Below are positions 62,382-64,000 of a stretch of 64,000 bases of DNA, in pieces (position 1 is the first letter of the stretch; each line of letters opens with the position of its first letter). Position numbers and translations under genes: made by a program. The stretch lies in contig CBDIID010000003.1 of NCBI GenBank assembly GCA_965279515.1, positions 352,001 through 416,000 on the forward strand, read 5' to 3'. The DNA comes from Turneriella sp. GTDB lineage: Bacteria; Spirochaetota; Leptospiria; Turneriellales; Turneriellaceae. The notes below the pieces were generated by a model. The model saw only the letters and a program-made list of their open reading frames with translations, was not told the DNA's origin and made no database searches.

Positions 62382-63761
62382 TTAAGCGCTTTTTACGTGC
62401 CAGGCCTTGGGGCGTGTGAACGTTTCAATGCCGTAAGTCGAAAGAGTCAAACCGACACCGCTGTGGCCCCGGCCCGACCACGGCAACCGGGGACTCACGC
62501 GGTCGCAGCAATTGATATAGGCACTGCCGGCGTTCACACCGCTCAGTATTTTGCGGGCACGATTTTCATCGCGCGCATAGACTGCGGCAGTCAGGCCATA
62601 TGCGGTATCATTCATAAGGTTTTGCGCTTCGGCGTCATCCCTGACCTTCATGATGCCGATCACAGGACCGAAACTTTCTTCACGCATCAGGGCCATATCA
62701 TGGCTCGCATCGGCAACAACCGTGGGCTCAAGAAATACGCCCGCGGGGGTGGCAGCTTTTTTACCACCCGTGAGTATCTTGCCGCCTTTTTTCACGGCAT
62801 CCGTGAGCTGGGCTTCGAGAAAATCCAGTTGGATCTGCCCCCGCGTCAAAGCCCCTACGTATGTGGCATTATCTTCCACATTGCCTGATTTGAAACCTTT
62901 CACCGTATCGGCAAACTGCCGCACAAAATCGTCGTAGATTTTTTCATGTACATAGACGCGTTCGACACTGCAGCAGCTCTGCCCGGTATTGTACATGGCA
63001 CCGTCTGCAGTGCTCTCTGCCGCCGCCTTGACGTCGACATCATCCGTGATGTACGCGGGATCTTTGCCGCCCAGTTCCAGCTGCACCTTAATCATCTTTT
63101 TTGCCGCAGCTTCTGCAATCTTCATGCCCGTCGCAACCGAGCCTGTGAAAAAGACGCCATCAATTTTTTGCGCAAGCAGTGCCGCGCCAGCATCACCCTT
63201 ACCACGGATGACGGTGAAGACATCTTGCGGCACCCCGCCATCATGGAGGTATTTCGCCATGAGCTCGCCACTCATCAGTGCAAACTCAGAGGGCTTATAG
63301 AGCACTGCATTGCCGGTGATGAGCGCCGGCACATAGACATTCGAGCCCACAAACCAGGGGTAATTCCAGGCGGAGATATTGGCGATAACGCCCAGGGGCT
63401 CGTGTTCAATCTCTTCGCTGAGGACATTGCCGTCCTTAAGTACACTTTCACGGGCTACGACTTTCGCCGAATTTGCGAGAAAGAAGTCAAAACGCGCCAG
63501 GAGCCCCTTCAGTTCATTGCGCGACTGGCTAATAGGCTTGCCTACCTCGCGCGTCATAGTCAGGGCGGCTTCGTCGATATTCGTCTCTACACAATCGCGG
63601 AACTTTTTTAAGATGGCAAGGCGCTTTTCGATGCCGAGTGCCTGCCAGCCTGGCTGCGCCGCGCGCGCCTGGGCATACTTCTTAGCAATCGTCTCGGCTG
63701 AGTCAGCCGTAAAAGATGTTATTTTCTCCCCGGTAGCGGGATTGATGACTTCAAGTTCCAT
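62382..63761 (-). CDS. NAD(P)-dependent aldehyde dehydrogenase
   Basis: AWNYP, FTGSVATG, LELGGKDP, GQSCCS and EESFGPV motifs; start 63761 (SD GGAGAG). Confidence 0.94.
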   Translation of the reverse strand: MELEVINPATGEKITSFTADSAETIAKKYAQARAAQPGWQALGIEKRLAILKKFRDCVETNIDEAALTMTREVGKPISQSRNELKGLLARFDFFLANSAKVVARESVLKDGNVLSEEIEHEPLGVIANISAWNYPWFVGSNVYVPALITGNAVLYKPSEFALMSGELMAKYLHDGGVPQDVFTVIRGKGDAGAALLAQKIDGVFFTGSVATGMKIAEAAAKKMIKVQLELGGKDPAYITDDVDVKAAAESTADGAMYNTGQSCCSVERVYVHEKIYDDFVRQFADTVKGFKSGNVEDNATYVGALTRGQIQLDFLEAQLTDAVKKGGKILTGGKKAATPAGVFLEPTVVADASHDMALMREESFGPVIGIMKVRDDAEAQNLMNDTAYGLTAAVYARDENRARKILSGVNAGSAYINCCDRVSPRLPWSGRGHSGVGLTLSTYGIETFTRPKAWHVKSA

Positions 63762-63772
63762 AGTCTCTCCGG

Positions 63773-64000
63773 TTAAGCGGTCTTGGTTGCGCCCATGCGC
63801 GAACTTAATTTTCTCACTTCGCACTCAGACATAAAATCCCTGAGCAGGGGATCGCCCGATAGCAGGGCATTGTCTTCATCGTCATGGAACTCCGGGTGCC
63901 ACTGGATACCACAAACATAGTTCGGCCCCTGGTATTTTACACCCTCGACGATGCCATCTTCGGTCGAGACTGCCTCGACGACAAGACCGTCGCCGATTTT
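63773..64000 (-). CDS. Peptidase C26 / gamma-glutamyl-GABA hydrolase (PuuD-like), C-terminal part (truncated by window end)
   Basis: Manual translation: GDGLVVEAVSTEDGIVEG...GIQWHPEF. Confidence 0.85.
   Translation of the reverse strand, partial: KIGDGLVVEAVSTEDGIVEGVKYQGPNYVCGIQWHPEFHDDEDNALLSGDPLLRDFMSECEVRKLSSRMGATKTA

Overview
Gene-dense, moderately GC-rich chromosomal window from a spirochete of the Leptospiraceae. A Turneriella-like organism is inferred from FlaB/FliD, lipoproteins, the Cache-HAMP-PP2C sensor and GC level; this was not verified by search. Housekeeping genes include fumC (3' end), fliD, pth, manC, hfq-miaA-gmk, flaB, a DEAD-box helicase, ctaA, thiC and gdhA. Accessory genes include two tandem Zn-dependent phospholipase C/P1-like paralogs, a Tgt-MnmD-like methyltransferase fusion, a non-canonical radical SAM protein and sensor modules. 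A large sulfur-assimilation cluster spans about 46.9-58.1 kb: cysK, an outer-membrane barrel, two sbp genes, cysTWA, a SutR-like regulator, metY and two YeeE/YedE genes. Most notable are two unannotated cysteine-rich short ORFs in structured leaders, directly upstream of cysK and of the sulfate-uptake operon, which suggest tandem cysteine-sensing ribosome-mediated attenuation. Also notable are a ~266-nt rod-shaped 6S-like ncRNA candidate upstream of an ECF sigma gene, a ~370-nt structured flaB leader with a CsrA-type site, and a conserved operator block upstream of both PLC-like paralogs. No CRISPR array, tRNA, rRNA, integrase or transposase was recognised. All calls were made by eye, without database searches.
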